Assembly (NCBI GenBank): GCA_965242725.1
Contig: CBDESZ010000022.1
Coordinates: 1 to 64,000 of the forward strand
DNA: 64,000 bases
Reading direction: 5' to 3'
From: Alkalispirochaeta sp.
GTDB lineage: Bacteria; Spirochaetota; Spirochaetia; DSM-27196; Alkalispirochaetaceae
Shown: positions 1-9,157 of the stretch, one piece after another
Numbering within the stretch: position 1 is the stretch's first letter
How the letters are laid out: each line of letters starts with the position of its first letter
Position numbers and translations under genes: made by a program
The notes under the pieces: generated by a model
Database searches by the model: none
What the model saw: only the letters and a program-made list of their open reading frames with translations
Told to the model about the DNA's origin: nothing

Positions 1-2
1 AG

Positions 3-122
3 CGCAGGGTGACACGCTACCGGCTAGACGCCGACCGGTACGGAAAAGGCGAAGCATTTTCAGACGCTATTGCGTTTGCCGGCGTCCACATTGACCTCGA
101 GGCGGTGTGGGAACGCCTCTGA
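3..122 (+). CDS. 3' end of a gene entering the window, possibly a Uma2-family endonuclease
   Basis: Open frame RRVTRYRLDADRYGKGEAFSDAIAFAGVHIDLEAVWERL* ending at TGA 120-122; resembles Uma2/DUF820 C-termini, only 39 codons visible. Confidence 0.35.
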   Translation, partial: RRVTRYRLDADRYGKGEAFSDAIAFAGVHIDLEAVWERL

Positions 123-137
123 CGGATGGAGGTATCC

Positions 138-380
138 ATGGACTACGAAATGCTCACTTCATTCTTTTTCTGGAGTTCCATAATCAACATCGTCATCCTC
201 CTCTTCGCTTCGGTAATGGTGAAGGTGGCGGGAGTGTGGATCTATGAAACCCACGGAAAGTGGTTCTCGATCCCCGAAGACAAGTATCTTGTGGTGATTT
301 ACGCGCTGTTGGGAGTGTATAAGGTGCTGATCCTCGTCTTTAACGTGGTGCCCTGGGTGGCGTTGCAGATCGTCGGATGA
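138..380 (+). CDS. Small two-helix membrane protein (DUF6868-like)
   Basis: GGAGGT Shine-Dalgarno at 128-133 before ATG 138; FFFWSSIIN...HGKWF...YKVLILVFNVVPW pattern with two hydrophobic segments. Confidence 0.65.
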   Translation: MDYEMLTSFFFWSSIINIVILLFASVMVKVAGVWIYETHGKWFSIPEDKYLVVIYALLGVYKVLILVFNVVPWVALQIVG

Positions 381-458
381 TGCCGCGCTGCCTCGGACAC
401 CGGGTTGTCCCGACGGCATTTGCATTTACCATGCATTAACGCTATTGTCATATCCATC

Positions 459-908
459 GTGAAACGCGTTGCAGTCATTCACGGACCAAATCTCAATATG
501 CTCGGCAGGCGTGAAGTCGGGATCTACGGCGGAAAAACCCTTGACTCAATCAACGATGAGATTGCCCGGGAAGCGGAGGCGCTCAGCGTGCAGATCGAGT
601 TTCACCAGTCCAATGTGGAGGGTGATCTTGTTACCATCATTCAGGACGGTCGGGGGCGGCTGGACGGCATCATTTTAAACGCCGCGGCATACACCCACTA
701 TTCGGTGGCATTGCGCGACGCAATCGCCGCCGCACAGGTGGCAACGGTTGAAGTTCATATTTCAAACATCTTCAAACGGGAAGACTTTCGCCATGTTTCG
801 TACGTTGCCCCCGTGTGTGTCGGGCAGATCTGCGGGTTGGGGTCTCACGGGTACATCCTTGCCCTCAGGGCGCTGATGGAAGAGCAGTTTGACCCGTGGC
901 TGCCGTAA
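459..908 (+). CDS. aroQ: Type II 3-dehydroquinate dehydratase, canonical copy
   Basis: HGPNLNMLGRRE..IYG, QSNVEG, NAAAYTHYS, EVHISN..RE.FRH motifs all intact; GTG start at 459 inferred. Confidence 0.95.
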   Translation: MKRVAVIHGPNLNMLGRREVGIYGGKTLDSINDEIAREAEALSVQIEFHQSNVEGDLVTIIQDGRGRLDGIILNAAAYTHYSVALRDAIAAAQVATVEVHISNIFKREDFRHVSYVAPVCVGQICGLGSHGYILALRALMEEQFDPWLP

Positions 909-921
909 AGGAGCGGAGGTT

Positions 922-1395
922 GTGAATCGACGAAGGTATCTGGTGATCTCCGGACCCAATCTGAATCTCCTGGGACAGCGAAAGACGTCCATCTATGGAG
1001 CCGGCTCCCTTGAAGATATCCATACGAGCCTTCATTCCCGGGCGGAGGAATTGGGCGTTTCCGTGGAATGTATGCAATCCAACAATGAAGGCGAGATCAT
1101 TGATGCCCTTCAGGCGGCACCGGGGAAAACGGACGGCATTATCATTAACGCCGGCGCCCTGGCTCACTACAGTTATGCCTTGCGCAGTGCCGTCGGCGCG
1201 ACGCTCCTTCCGTGCATCGAAGTGTTTATTTCAAACGTTCACGCCCGGGAGTCGTTCCGACACACATCGGTCATTGCCCCCGTCTGTGTGGGGGTCATCG
1301 GTGGATTCGGGAAGAAAAGCTATCTTCTCGCGCTGGAGGCGCTGGTCAATCTCACCGCCGCCGTAACGACAGACGACGGAAAGGATCGATCATGA
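922..1395 (+). CDS. aroQ: Second type II dehydroquinase paralog with altered active site
   Basis: GPNLNLLGQR..IYG, QSNNEGEIID, NAGALAHYS; EVHISN is replaced by EVFISN; GGAGG before GTG 922. Confidence 0.85.
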   Translation: MNRRRYLVISGPNLNLLGQRKTSIYGAGSLEDIHTSLHSRAEELGVSVECMQSNNEGEIIDALQAAPGKTDGIIINAGALAHYSYALRSAVGATLLPCIEVFISNVHARESFRHTSVIAPVCVGVIGGFGKKSYLLALEALVNLTAAVTTDDGKDRS

Positions 1396-2156
1396 GCTTT
1401 CGCTGGTCAAAAACTGTCGACAGCCCCGGTGATGCGTTCCTCGCACCTTCCGAAGGGTTTTCAAACGTTCAATTGCCCCTCGCCGATCTCATGGAGTTCT
1501 CGGATGCCGGGTTTTTGGAGTACCGGAGGCAAATGACCGAGGCAGGTCTCGTCGCGGAGGTATGTTCCAGACTGTTTCCACCCGATGTCGTCGTGACGGG
1601 ACAGGGCTTCAACCTCTACGTATGGGTCGAGTATCTCAAGAATGCCATGGCACGGGTGGCGGAACTCGGGTGTACCCGCCTTGCATGGAGCAACGGCCGA
1701 TCGAGAATTCTGCCGTGGGAAGAGAATGTCGACGAGATGAAAGAACAGGCGATGCAGTTCCTCTTCATGGTCTGTGACGTCGCCCAGACCTATGATATGA
1801 GCGTTGTGATTGAACCGCTCAGTTCCGAACGCACAAATTTTCTTACCTCGATGGAGGAAACCGACTCCTTCGTACGTCAAATCGGGAAAGAAAATCTGTC
1901 GTCCATGGTAAGCCTCCGTGATTTGGCGGCGATAGGACTATCTCCGCAATCATTGCACCAATGGAAGCATCGCATCTCCCACGTGCTCATTGAGAATCCG
2001 GAGAGAAGCACCACGTTGAGGACCGCGCCGTCGCAGGATGATTCCTTTGACTACAAGCCGTTTCTCGATGGTTTGCGTGACATCGATTATCAGGGCCTCA
2101 TCGCACTGCCGTCGGACGCGACTTCGACAACACTGCAGTTCTGCATCTCCCTGTGA
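1392..2156 (+). CDS. Sugar phosphate isomerase/epimerase-like TIM-barrel protein, degenerate metal site
   Basis: ATGA overlap with upstream stop; VVIEPL..E.TNF and FDYKPFLDGLRDIDYQG segments typical of the xylose-isomerase-like TIM barrel family. Confidence 0.7.
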   Translation: MSFRWSKTVDSPGDAFLAPSEGFSNVQLPLADLMEFSDAGFLEYRRQMTEAGLVAEVCSRLFPPDVVVTGQGFNLYVWVEYLKNAMARVAELGCTRLAWSNGRSRILPWEENVDEMKEQAMQFLFMVCDVAQTYDMSVVIEPLSSERTNFLTSMEETDSFVRQIGKENLSSMVSLRDLAAIGLSPQSLHQWKHRISHVLIENPERSTTLRTAPSQDDSFDYKPFLDGLRDIDYQGLIALPSDATSTTLQFCISL

Positions 2157-2180
2157 GTCCGCCCGGAAAGGTCGTGCCCG

Positions 2181-3059
2181 TTACGTATCGACGGAGGATT
2201 CGGTGATTTCCGACATGACACGATGCATGATCGCCGTCGGTTCCGGCTTGCCGGTGATCAGGGCAAATCCCTTTATTCCCTGATTAATAACCATGCCGAT
2301 ACCGTTCATGACCTTACATCCGACCCGCATTGCGTCCTTCAACAGCCGTGTCTCCGCCGGGTTGTAGGTAAAATCGGCAACAAGGATTTCGGGCCGCAGC
2401 AGGGCGGGATCTACCGGTGTCCGGTCGGTGTGGGGATACATTCCCACTCCCGAACCGTTTATCAGAACGTCACTTCCCTGTATGAGTCCCTCAATCGGCG
2501 CTTTGTCGAAGGGATAGTACTCGGCGCAGCTACGGATGCGATTATTGATGTCACCTGCCAGACGTTTGGCCATGTCATCAAACGTGTCAAGGATGATGAG
2601 GCGCCTGGCGCCGTGATAGGCGAGCGTGGACGCCACTGCCCGGGATGCGCCGCCTGCCCCGAAAAACAGGAAGGTTGATGTCTCGATGTCAATTGCAGTT
2701 TCTTCCTTGAACGCCATGAGAAAGCCGATGCCGTCGGTGTTGTACCCCTTCAACACGCCGTCGCGAACGGTGACAACGTTGACCGATCCGATCATCGCCG
2801 CAAGTTCGTCAAGTTCGTCCAGGTAATCAATGATCTGAATCTTGTTCGGCTTGGTCACATTGAAACCGGCGTAGTTCATACACCGGATTGCCTTCACGAT
2901 TGTTTCCAGATTCTCGTTTTCTACCTCTATCGGAAAGTAGAGATAGTCCATATCGAGCTCACGGAAGGTGGCGTTGAATAACTGAGGTGCAAAGGTCTGG
3001 GCCAGAGGATATCCAAGGAGACTTACAAGGCTGGTCTTCGTCGAAATTTTCATTGTCAT
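2181..3059 (-). CDS. aroE: Shikimate/quinate dehydrogenase family protein
   Basis: NVTKPNK, GSVNVV, GYNTDG, GAGGASRA, TYNP, GMVINQG motifs; start at ATGA overlap with upstream gene. Confidence 0.9.
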   Translation of the reverse strand: MTMKISTKTSLVSLLGYPLAQTFAPQLFNATFRELDMDYLYFPIEVENENLETIVKAIRCMNYAGFNVTKPNKIQIIDYLDELDELAAMIGSVNVVTVRDGVLKGYNTDGIGFLMAFKEETAIDIETSTFLFFGAGGASRAVASTLAYHGARRLIILDTFDDMAKRLAGDINNRIRSCAEYYPFDKAPIEGLIQGSDVLINGSGVGMYPHTDRTPVDPALLRPEILVADFTYNPAETRLLKDAMRVGCKVMNGIGMVINQGIKGFALITGKPEPTAIMHRVMSEITESSVDT

Positions 3060-4240
3060 TCCTCGCCTTCGAGATATATGCGTCGACCTTCTTCCGCCGA
3101 CTGATAGGCGGCATAGATCACGCGAACCGTCAAAGCGGACAGGTCGAATCCCGATTGGGGTGGTCGACCGAATGCTGCGGCTTCCATGAAATCCTGCAGT
3201 TCCCCGGTGTATCCCCTTATCACCTCGTCCGCCACAAAGGCCTTGTTCCACCCGGTCCTGGAAGAAAGCATTTCCGAGAGGTAGACCTCCTCCATATTAT
3301 CTTCGTCGAGAAAATAGGTCCGTAACAGATCGGTAGGTGTAAGCGTGGAATGGAGGACCCCGTCGTTGCAGTACGCCTCCACGTAGTTTCGGGATCCTCC
3401 GAGCGCCGTATCGGAGGCAATTATCAGCGCCCGGGTGCCGTCGGAAAAGGACAGGGTGACTGCTGCAAAATCCTCAACGTCCTCGGGATACGCCCGAAGA
3501 TGGCGATGTTCATATTCCGAGAGGGATGCGCTGGCATGCCCCGTCTCGGCGTGTACGGCGACTACCCTGATTTCTTCGTTCCGGGCCTCTCCTTCAACCT
3601 TCTTGAGCCACAGCACGCCCGTAAGAGGGTGAATTCCCGCCCTGATAAGCACGCCGCCGCCGGTCCTGTTCCACTGACCGGCTACAGACGAAGAGGAACC
3701 GTTCAGGCTTTCCTCGCCTTTCAGAAAGAGAACCTTGCTCTTCCGGGCGCGGATAATTTCCGCCGTCTTCTGCAAGGCGGGGCTGTATACGTAGTTTTCG
3801 GCATACATGAAATGCTTCCCCGACCGTCTCACGATAGACTGGAAGTCCCTGATACTGCGGTCCATTTCGGCCGCCATTTGAGCCTTCGGGACCTTTGTCC
3901 CCACCGGTTCCGGGTCACCGGGCATGCCGAAGTACCCCGTCAGGGGCTTCTCGCAAATCACATGCTTCCCCGCCTTCAGAGCGCGTTCGGCAATCGGAAT
4001 ATGCAGATGTGGTGGTGTGCAGATATCGATGACATCGATGGACGGATCTTCGATTAGGTGTTCAATCGAATCGGTGACCTGTCCAAATCCAAACTGTTCG
4101 GCGATACGCCGCGCCCGCTCTTTGTCAATATCGGCGACGGCCGCCAGCACAGGCTGGAGGCCATGGACCAACTTGTATGCCGCACCATGAAGTGATGCGG
4201 CGTATCCGCCTCCAACCAGGCCGACTCGTACCTCTTCCAT
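3056..4240 (-). CDS. Gfo/Idh/MocA family oxidoreductase
   Basis: VGLVGGG Rossmann start, ICTPPHLH, GKHVICEKP, GGGVL..GIHP. Confidence 0.9.
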   Translation of the reverse strand: MEEVRVGLVGGGYAASLHGAAYKLVHGLQPVLAAVADIDKERARRIAEQFGFGQVTDSIEHLIEDPSIDVIDICTPPHLHIPIAERALKAGKHVICEKPLTGYFGMPGDPEPVGTKVPKAQMAAEMDRSIRDFQSIVRRSGKHFMYAENYVYSPALQKTAEIIRARKSKVLFLKGEESLNGSSSSVAGQWNRTGGGVLIRAGIHPLTGVLWLKKVEGEARNEEIRVVAVHAETGHASASLSEYEHRHLRAYPEDVEDFAAVTLSFSDGTRALIIASDTALGGSRNYVEAYCNDGVLHSTLTPTDLLRTYFLDEDNMEEVYLSEMLSSRTGWNKAFVADEVIRGYTGELQDFMEAAAFGRPPQSGFDLSALTVRVIYAAYQSAEEGRRIYLEGEE

Positions 4241-4315
4241 TCAGGGGTGCCTCCACATCCGATCCGGCCGGGCACCGGGCAAAAGGGATTGACCCATCGC
4301 GGTGCCGATTCGTCC

Positions 4316-5773
4316 TCAATACTCCCGGTATTTCACCTTCATATCCGTGTAGAAGTCCATGGTCGTGCTTCCAATACCGAAGGGACCGAGGCCGGAATGC
4401 TTTGTTCCCCCGAAGGGCATGTTTCCGCCGCTGACACCCAGGTTATTGATACGCACCATGCCGACTTCAACCTCTTCCTCGAAGTCGTAGGTATAACTCA
4501 AATCGTCGGTGAAGAGGGACGCAGTCAGACCGTACTCGGTGTCGTTGCACACCGCTATCGCCTCTTCCTTCGACTTGACCCGCAAGACCGACAGGACGGG
4601 ACCGAAAATCTCTTCCCGGGCGACGCGCATCGTCGGCGTTACACCGGTAATGACCGTTGGAGCAAAGTAGTGACCTTTGTCGTAGACTCCTCCGGTGAGG
4701 CGAGTTCCGCCTATTGCGATCGTCGCGCCTTCCTTCCGTGCCGATTCGACATACTCTTCCATAGTCTTTACGGCGTCGGCACTGGTAATCGGTCCCATAT
4801 CCACACCCTCTTCCGTGCCGGGGCCAACCTTCATCCGTCCGGCGCTCTCTGCAAGCAGCTTTTCCAGTTCCGCGGCCTGAGACTCGTGAACGATCACCCG
4901 GCTGATGGCCGTGCATCTTTGACCGGCATTTGAAAACGCCGCCTTGACAATCTTGGGCGCGACATCCTTTATATCTCGGTAATTCACGACAACCGCCGCG
5001 TTTTTTCCGCCCATTTCCAATTGAACTTTCGCAAAATTCTCTGCGGCCATTCGGTTTATATTCCGCCCGACTTCTGTCGATCCGGTAAAGCTGACGCCAC
5101 GAACGAGAGGATTACCCACCAGAGCCGCGCCGACCGTTCTTCCGGAGCCGGTGAGAAGGTTCAGGGCGCCCGGCGGGAGTCCCGCCTTGTCAAAGAGTTC
5201 GGTAATGATGACCGCCGTGAGGGGCGTGACCGTCGCCGGCTTGAAAACCACGGTGCAGCCGGATACGAGGGCGGGGACGATTTTGCGGAGAGGATTCAGA
5301 ATTGGAAAGTTGAACGGTGAGATCGCCGCGATGACGCCGATGGGAACCCTGTCGGCGACGTTGGTCGTACGCTTGCTGTCGGAAGGACGGGCAATGCCCT
5401 CCAGCCGTAACGCCTCGCCTGCGGTAATGAGCAGCTCTTTTGTGCCGCGTGTCGGTTCGGCCAACGCCTCCCTGTAGACTTTTCCCTGTTCGAGAACAGC
5501 GGCTTCCGCCAGTCGTTCCTTATTGTCTCCCAGCAACTCAACAAATCGGTAGATATAGGACGTCCGTTCCGAAGGCGAAAGATTCTTCCAGGTCAGAAAG
5601 CTCCGGTGCGCCGCATCAACGGCTCGCGCCGCGTCGTCCGGTGTAGAAAGGGGAAATTGTCCAACAACTTCAGTGGTATTGCCGGGAGAATATGTTTCAT
5701 AGGTTTTTCCGTCCGACGCGTCGGTCCACGTGCCGTCAATATAATTCTGAAAACGCGAAGCTGTATTGACCAT
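4316..5773 (-). CDS. NAD(P)-dependent aldehyde dehydrogenase
   Basis: ISPFNFP, KPA, FTGSTEVG, LEMGGKN, NAGQRCTA (catalytic Cys), EEIFGPV. Confidence 0.95.
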   Translation of the reverse strand: MVNTASRFQNYIDGTWTDASDGKTYETYSPGNTTEVVGQFPLSTPDDAARAVDAAHRSFLTWKNLSPSERTSYIYRFVELLGDNKERLAEAAVLEQGKVYREALAEPTRGTKELLITAGEALRLEGIARPSDSKRTTNVADRVPIGVIAAISPFNFPILNPLRKIVPALVSGCTVVFKPATVTPLTAVIITELFDKAGLPPGALNLLTGSGRTVGAALVGNPLVRGVSFTGSTEVGRNINRMAAENFAKVQLEMGGKNAAVVVNYRDIKDVAPKIVKAAFSNAGQRCTAISRVIVHESQAAELEKLLAESAGRMKVGPGTEEGVDMGPITSADAVKTMEEYVESARKEGATIAIGGTRLTGGVYDKGHYFAPTVITGVTPTMRVAREEIFGPVLSVLRVKSKEEAIAVCNDTEYGLTASLFTDDLSYTYDFEEEVEVGMVRINNLGVSGGNMPFGGTKHSGLGPFGIGSTTMDFYTDMKVKYREY

Positions 5774-5791
5774 TGATTTCCTCCTTCAGAT

Positions 5792-5842
5792 TGTATACCC
5801 TTGGTATATTATGGGTATACCACGTAATACCCGGGTCGTCAA
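5792..5842. promoter_or_regulatory. Divergent promoter region with GTATAC-based operator, putative GntR site
   Basis: TGTATACCC (5792-5800) and ATGGGTATACC (5811-5821) form an inverted pair; minus-strand TTGACG at 5842-5837; the same ATGGGTATAC 10-mer lies upstream of the gntR gene. Confidence 0.65.
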
Positions 5843-5883
5843 GAAAAATACTCGCTCCACCTGTCCCGAAGGAGAAACAGTGT

Positions 5884-7014
5884 ATGAACGTCCCTTTCAA
5901 TGTGGATAAGTTCAATGATTTGCTGGCAGCAGCTTCTGTCGATTTGCTGCTCGTTCATACCCGCCACAACGTCAGGTACCTGACCGGCGGGTACTATTAC
6001 CACTTTCATGCGGTATCCACTCGAATGGACCGCTCCCGGTATATTCCATTCCTCTGTATCCCCCGGGGCAACCTGGAAAAGACGTTCTTCGTGTGCAGAC
6101 ACGAGGAACACGATCAGTTGCGGTCGGAGGAACTCTGGATACCAAACTGGGTTGAGACAATCAGAGGTACCCGTCCGGCCGCTCAACGCCTGATCGAGGC
6201 GATCCGCGCCCACGGCTTGTCAAACGTGCGAATCGCCGTTGAGATGTCGTTCATCCCGGCAGACGTCTATACCGCCCTGGTCGACGCATTTCCGGATGCC
6301 CGTTTTTCAGACGCATCACCGATTCTCGAAAGTCTCCGGGCGGTCAAAAGCGATCGTGAAATAGAACATATTCGAAGTGTCTATGACCGGACCGCCGAGG
6401 CGGTACATGAAGCGTTCACGGAGAGCCGGGAGGGAGATACCACGGCGATGATTGAGTCGCGGGTCCGTGTTGCCATGGCAAAACGGAACCTGACATTCCT
6501 CTTCGCCCTGATCAGTGCAGGCCCGCACTTTTCCCGGGCACCTTCAGATCGTATACGCTGGGAGCGGGGGCAGATCCTTCATATCGATGCCGGCGGCGGG
6601 GACGACGACTATATCGCCGATATCTGCAGAACCGGCTGTATGGGTGAGCCCCCGCCCCTTGCAGCTGAATTACACGAGGAGTGCCAGTCGATTATTGACG
6701 CCGTGAGGGAAACTATACGACCCGACGTACCGGTAAACAGCGTCCTTGCGATGGGCCGGTTGGCCGCGGAGCGCACGAAACACGCCCGATACTGCCGATT
6801 TGTCGTACACGGTACGGGAATGGTTCCTCATGAACAACCGTATTTCTCCCCCGACGAGAGGCGTCCCCTTGAACCGGGTATGGTCATTTCAATCGAGACG
6901 GATTTTCTCCACCCCGACACGGGGCATTTGAAAATAGAAGAGTCCGTTGTGGTGACCGGGTCGGGGTGTGATGAGCTGGGCCGACTGAGCAGGGAATGGT
7001 ACGTCCCGTCGTGA
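5884..7014 (+). CDS. M24 (Xaa-Pro peptidase/creatinase fold) metallohydrolase
   Basis: NVRYLTG, LRAVKSDREI, IDAG...YIADICRT, HGTGM.PHE, ISIE, KIEE metal-ligand pattern; AAGGAG before ATG 5884. Confidence 0.85.
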   Translation: MNVPFNVDKFNDLLAAASVDLLLVHTRHNVRYLTGGYYYHFHAVSTRMDRSRYIPFLCIPRGNLEKTFFVCRHEEHDQLRSEELWIPNWVETIRGTRPAAQRLIEAIRAHGLSNVRIAVEMSFIPADVYTALVDAFPDARFSDASPILESLRAVKSDREIEHIRSVYDRTAEAVHEAFTESREGDTTAMIESRVRVAMAKRNLTFLFALISAGPHFSRAPSDRIRWERGQILHIDAGGGDDDYIADICRTGCMGEPPPLAAELHEECQSIIDAVRETIRPDVPVNSVLAMGRLAAERTKHARYCRFVVHGTGMVPHEQPYFSPDERRPLEPGMVISIETDFLHPDTGHLKIEESVVVTGSGCDELGRLSREWYVPS

Positions 7015-7017
7015 CGG

Positions 7018-8052
7018 TCAGGAGAATTCAAAAAGTACCTTCATTGCGTCTCCTTCCCGGGTGGCCATAAACGCACTCTCCGCTTCTTCAACGGTCTTTC
7101 GGTGGGTTATGACCGGCGCAAAATCGATGACTCCCGATCCCATGATCTGAATCGCCTGAATGAAATGTCTCGTCAGTTGAGCAACATCTCCAAAGGTTGT
7201 CACACCCTTGCGCAGGATCTGCAGCGGGCTGAATTCCGCCGATGGATAGAGACCAAAGAGAGAAACCCGCCCCAGGGGACCAACAAGATCAAAGGCAAGA
7301 CTCGTCGCCTTTGGTGAACTCGCCGTCTCCACAACGATATCCGCTCCTTCACCGGCGGTGTAATCCTTAATCGCCTCTACCGGGTTGTCCACATCGGCGC
7401 GAATGATGTGGGCCGCCCCGATCTTTCGTGCTATTTCAAATCGCTGCGCGTCCTGGGAAAGTCCGACCATTGTCACATTCCGGATTCCCGCCGCGAGAAA
7501 TGCAAGCAGATGGAGAATTCCGATCGGACCGGGCCCGATAATCGCCGCACTTTCGCCGACTATCGGCTTTACCTGTTCCAGGGTACGCACCACAAGCCCG
7601 AATGGTTCGGTCAAGGCGGCCGTATCAAACCCCACGGAATCGTCAATGCGGTGAGCCTGCTTTGAAGGAATAGCAATGTACTCTCCAAACGTACCGTCCC
7701 GGGTCAACCCGATGTGCTCCCAGTGAGTACATAAGTTTTGATGTCCCGTGAGACACTGACGGCAATGACCACACCCTGCAATGGGTTCCAGGGCAACACG
7801 CTGGCCCACCCGTGCGGCGGATACGCCGTTACCGATCTCGACGATCTCTCCTGCCCCTTCATGGCCCATGACCATGGGAATCGGGACGGGGCGTCGGCCG
7901 ATGTATTTATTCTGTAATACCGTTACGTCGGTGTAGCATATTCCGGTGGCCCTGACTTTTACCAGCACATCCCCGTCTCCAACCCGAGGCGTGGGAACAT
8001 CCGTTACGGACAGGACGCCCGCTTCCGCCGTGGCCTTTACGATTGCTTTCAT
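7018..8052 (-). CDS. Zinc-dependent medium-chain alcohol dehydrogenase
   Basis: GICYTD, GHEGAG, CGHCRQC..G..NLC structural zinc site, GPGPIG. Confidence 0.93.
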   Translation of the reverse strand: MKAIVKATAEAGVLSVTDVPTPRVGDGDVLVKVRATGICYTDVTVLQNKYIGRRPVPIPMVMGHEGAGEIVEIGNGVSAARVGQRVALEPIAGCGHCRQCLTGHQNLCTHWEHIGLTRDGTFGEYIAIPSKQAHRIDDSVGFDTAALTEPFGLVVRTLEQVKPIVGESAAIIGPGPIGILHLLAFLAAGIRNVTMVGLSQDAQRFEIARKIGAAHIIRADVDNPVEAIKDYTAGEGADIVVETASSPKATSLAFDLVGPLGRVSLFGLYPSAEFSPLQILRKGVTTFGDVAQLTRHFIQAIQIMGSGVIDFAPVITHRKTVEEAESAFMATREGDAMKVLFEFS

Positions 8053-8076
8053 CTGAAGCCCCCCTTATCGCTCTCA

Positions 8077-9129
8077 TCACTCCCGACCGAATTCGATCGC
8101 CCGGCCGGTTCTTGCCGACTCAATAACGGCCATCGTTACTTTGAGTGTCTGCAGTGCGTCCTTCCCGTCGGTACGGGGTTTCTCCTTTCCCAGTACGACG
8201 TTGCAGAAATGGCGCATTTGAAGGGGATAGGGATCGGCCGTTTTGAGATTCAACTGTGCAGTTTGGACCGGGTGTTGCCACCCCCGGGGACCGCCTTTGG
8301 GATAGGATACTTTCAACATTTCGGGAAACGCGATGGACGCCTCGGTCCCGAAGAAATGGTAAATGTTCCCGTTACCCTGATAGAAATGGTCAAATTCCGC
8401 CATCGTCTGTTCGTACGCCCAGATAGAGGGCACCGTGTCGGTGAGGAGAATGGTGGCGATTGCCCCGTCGGCCATTTGCAGCGTCAGCCCGACGGTGTCT
8501 TCCACCGGGAAACCGCGCGCCTCGTTACTGACGACGCCATAGACTGAAGAAATTTCGCCGTAGAGGTACCGCAGGTTGTCGATTTCGTGAATCAGGTTGA
8601 TCAATACCGGTCCACCCCCCGGTTTTTTTCGCCAGGGGCCCTGGACAAAGTATTCATCCGGTTTCAACATCGCCCACAGCATGGAGATGCCGACAATCTT
8701 CCCCAACTCGCCTCTCCCGATTATTTCTTTCATCGCCGTCATCAGCGGATTGAAGCGTCGGTGATGTCCCACCAGCAGATGAACGCCGTTCCGTTCCGCC
8801 GCATCTATGAGTTGTTGTGATTCCGCGATTGTGGGTGCGATCGGTTTCTCCATGAACAGGTGGAGACCGTGATCGGCACACACCGTTCCGACTTCCCCGT
8901 GCCGGTCGTTGGGTACCGCGACAACCACGCCGTCCAGCTTCTCGGTCTCTATCATTTCCACATAATCACGGTAGAAAGGAATTCCGGCGGCATCGGCGGC
9001 TTCCTTTTTTGCCGGATCGGAATCACACATCGCTACATACTCACATCGTTCTTCCCGCTTCAGGGACTTTGTGTGCACCGTTCCGATCATTCCCACTCCG
9101 ATTGACGCGAGTCGTGCTCGTTCTTTCAT
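8077..9129 (-). CDS. Gfo/Idh/MocA family oxidoreductase
   Basis: IGVGMIG, MEKP, VGHHRRFNP, GGGPVLINLIHEID; start at ATG 9129 after GAGGAG. Confidence 0.92.
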   Translation of the reverse strand: MKERARLASIGVGMIGTVHTKSLKREERCEYVAMCDSDPAKKEAADAAGIPFYRDYVEMIETEKLDGVVVAVPNDRHGEVGTVCADHGLHLFMEKPIAPTIAESQQLIDAAERNGVHLLVGHHRRFNPLMTAMKEIIGRGELGKIVGISMLWAMLKPDEYFVQGPWRKKPGGGPVLINLIHEIDNLRYLYGEISSVYGVVSNEARGFPVEDTVGLTLQMADGAIATILLTDTVPSIWAYEQTMAEFDHFYQGNGNIYHFFGTEASIAFPEMLKVSYPKGGPRGWQHPVQTAQLNLKTADPYPLQMRHFCNVVLGKEKPRTDGKDALQTLKVTMAVIESARTGRAIEFGRE

Positions 9130-9157
9130 GTGACGTTCCTCCTCACGGTCTGTATTT

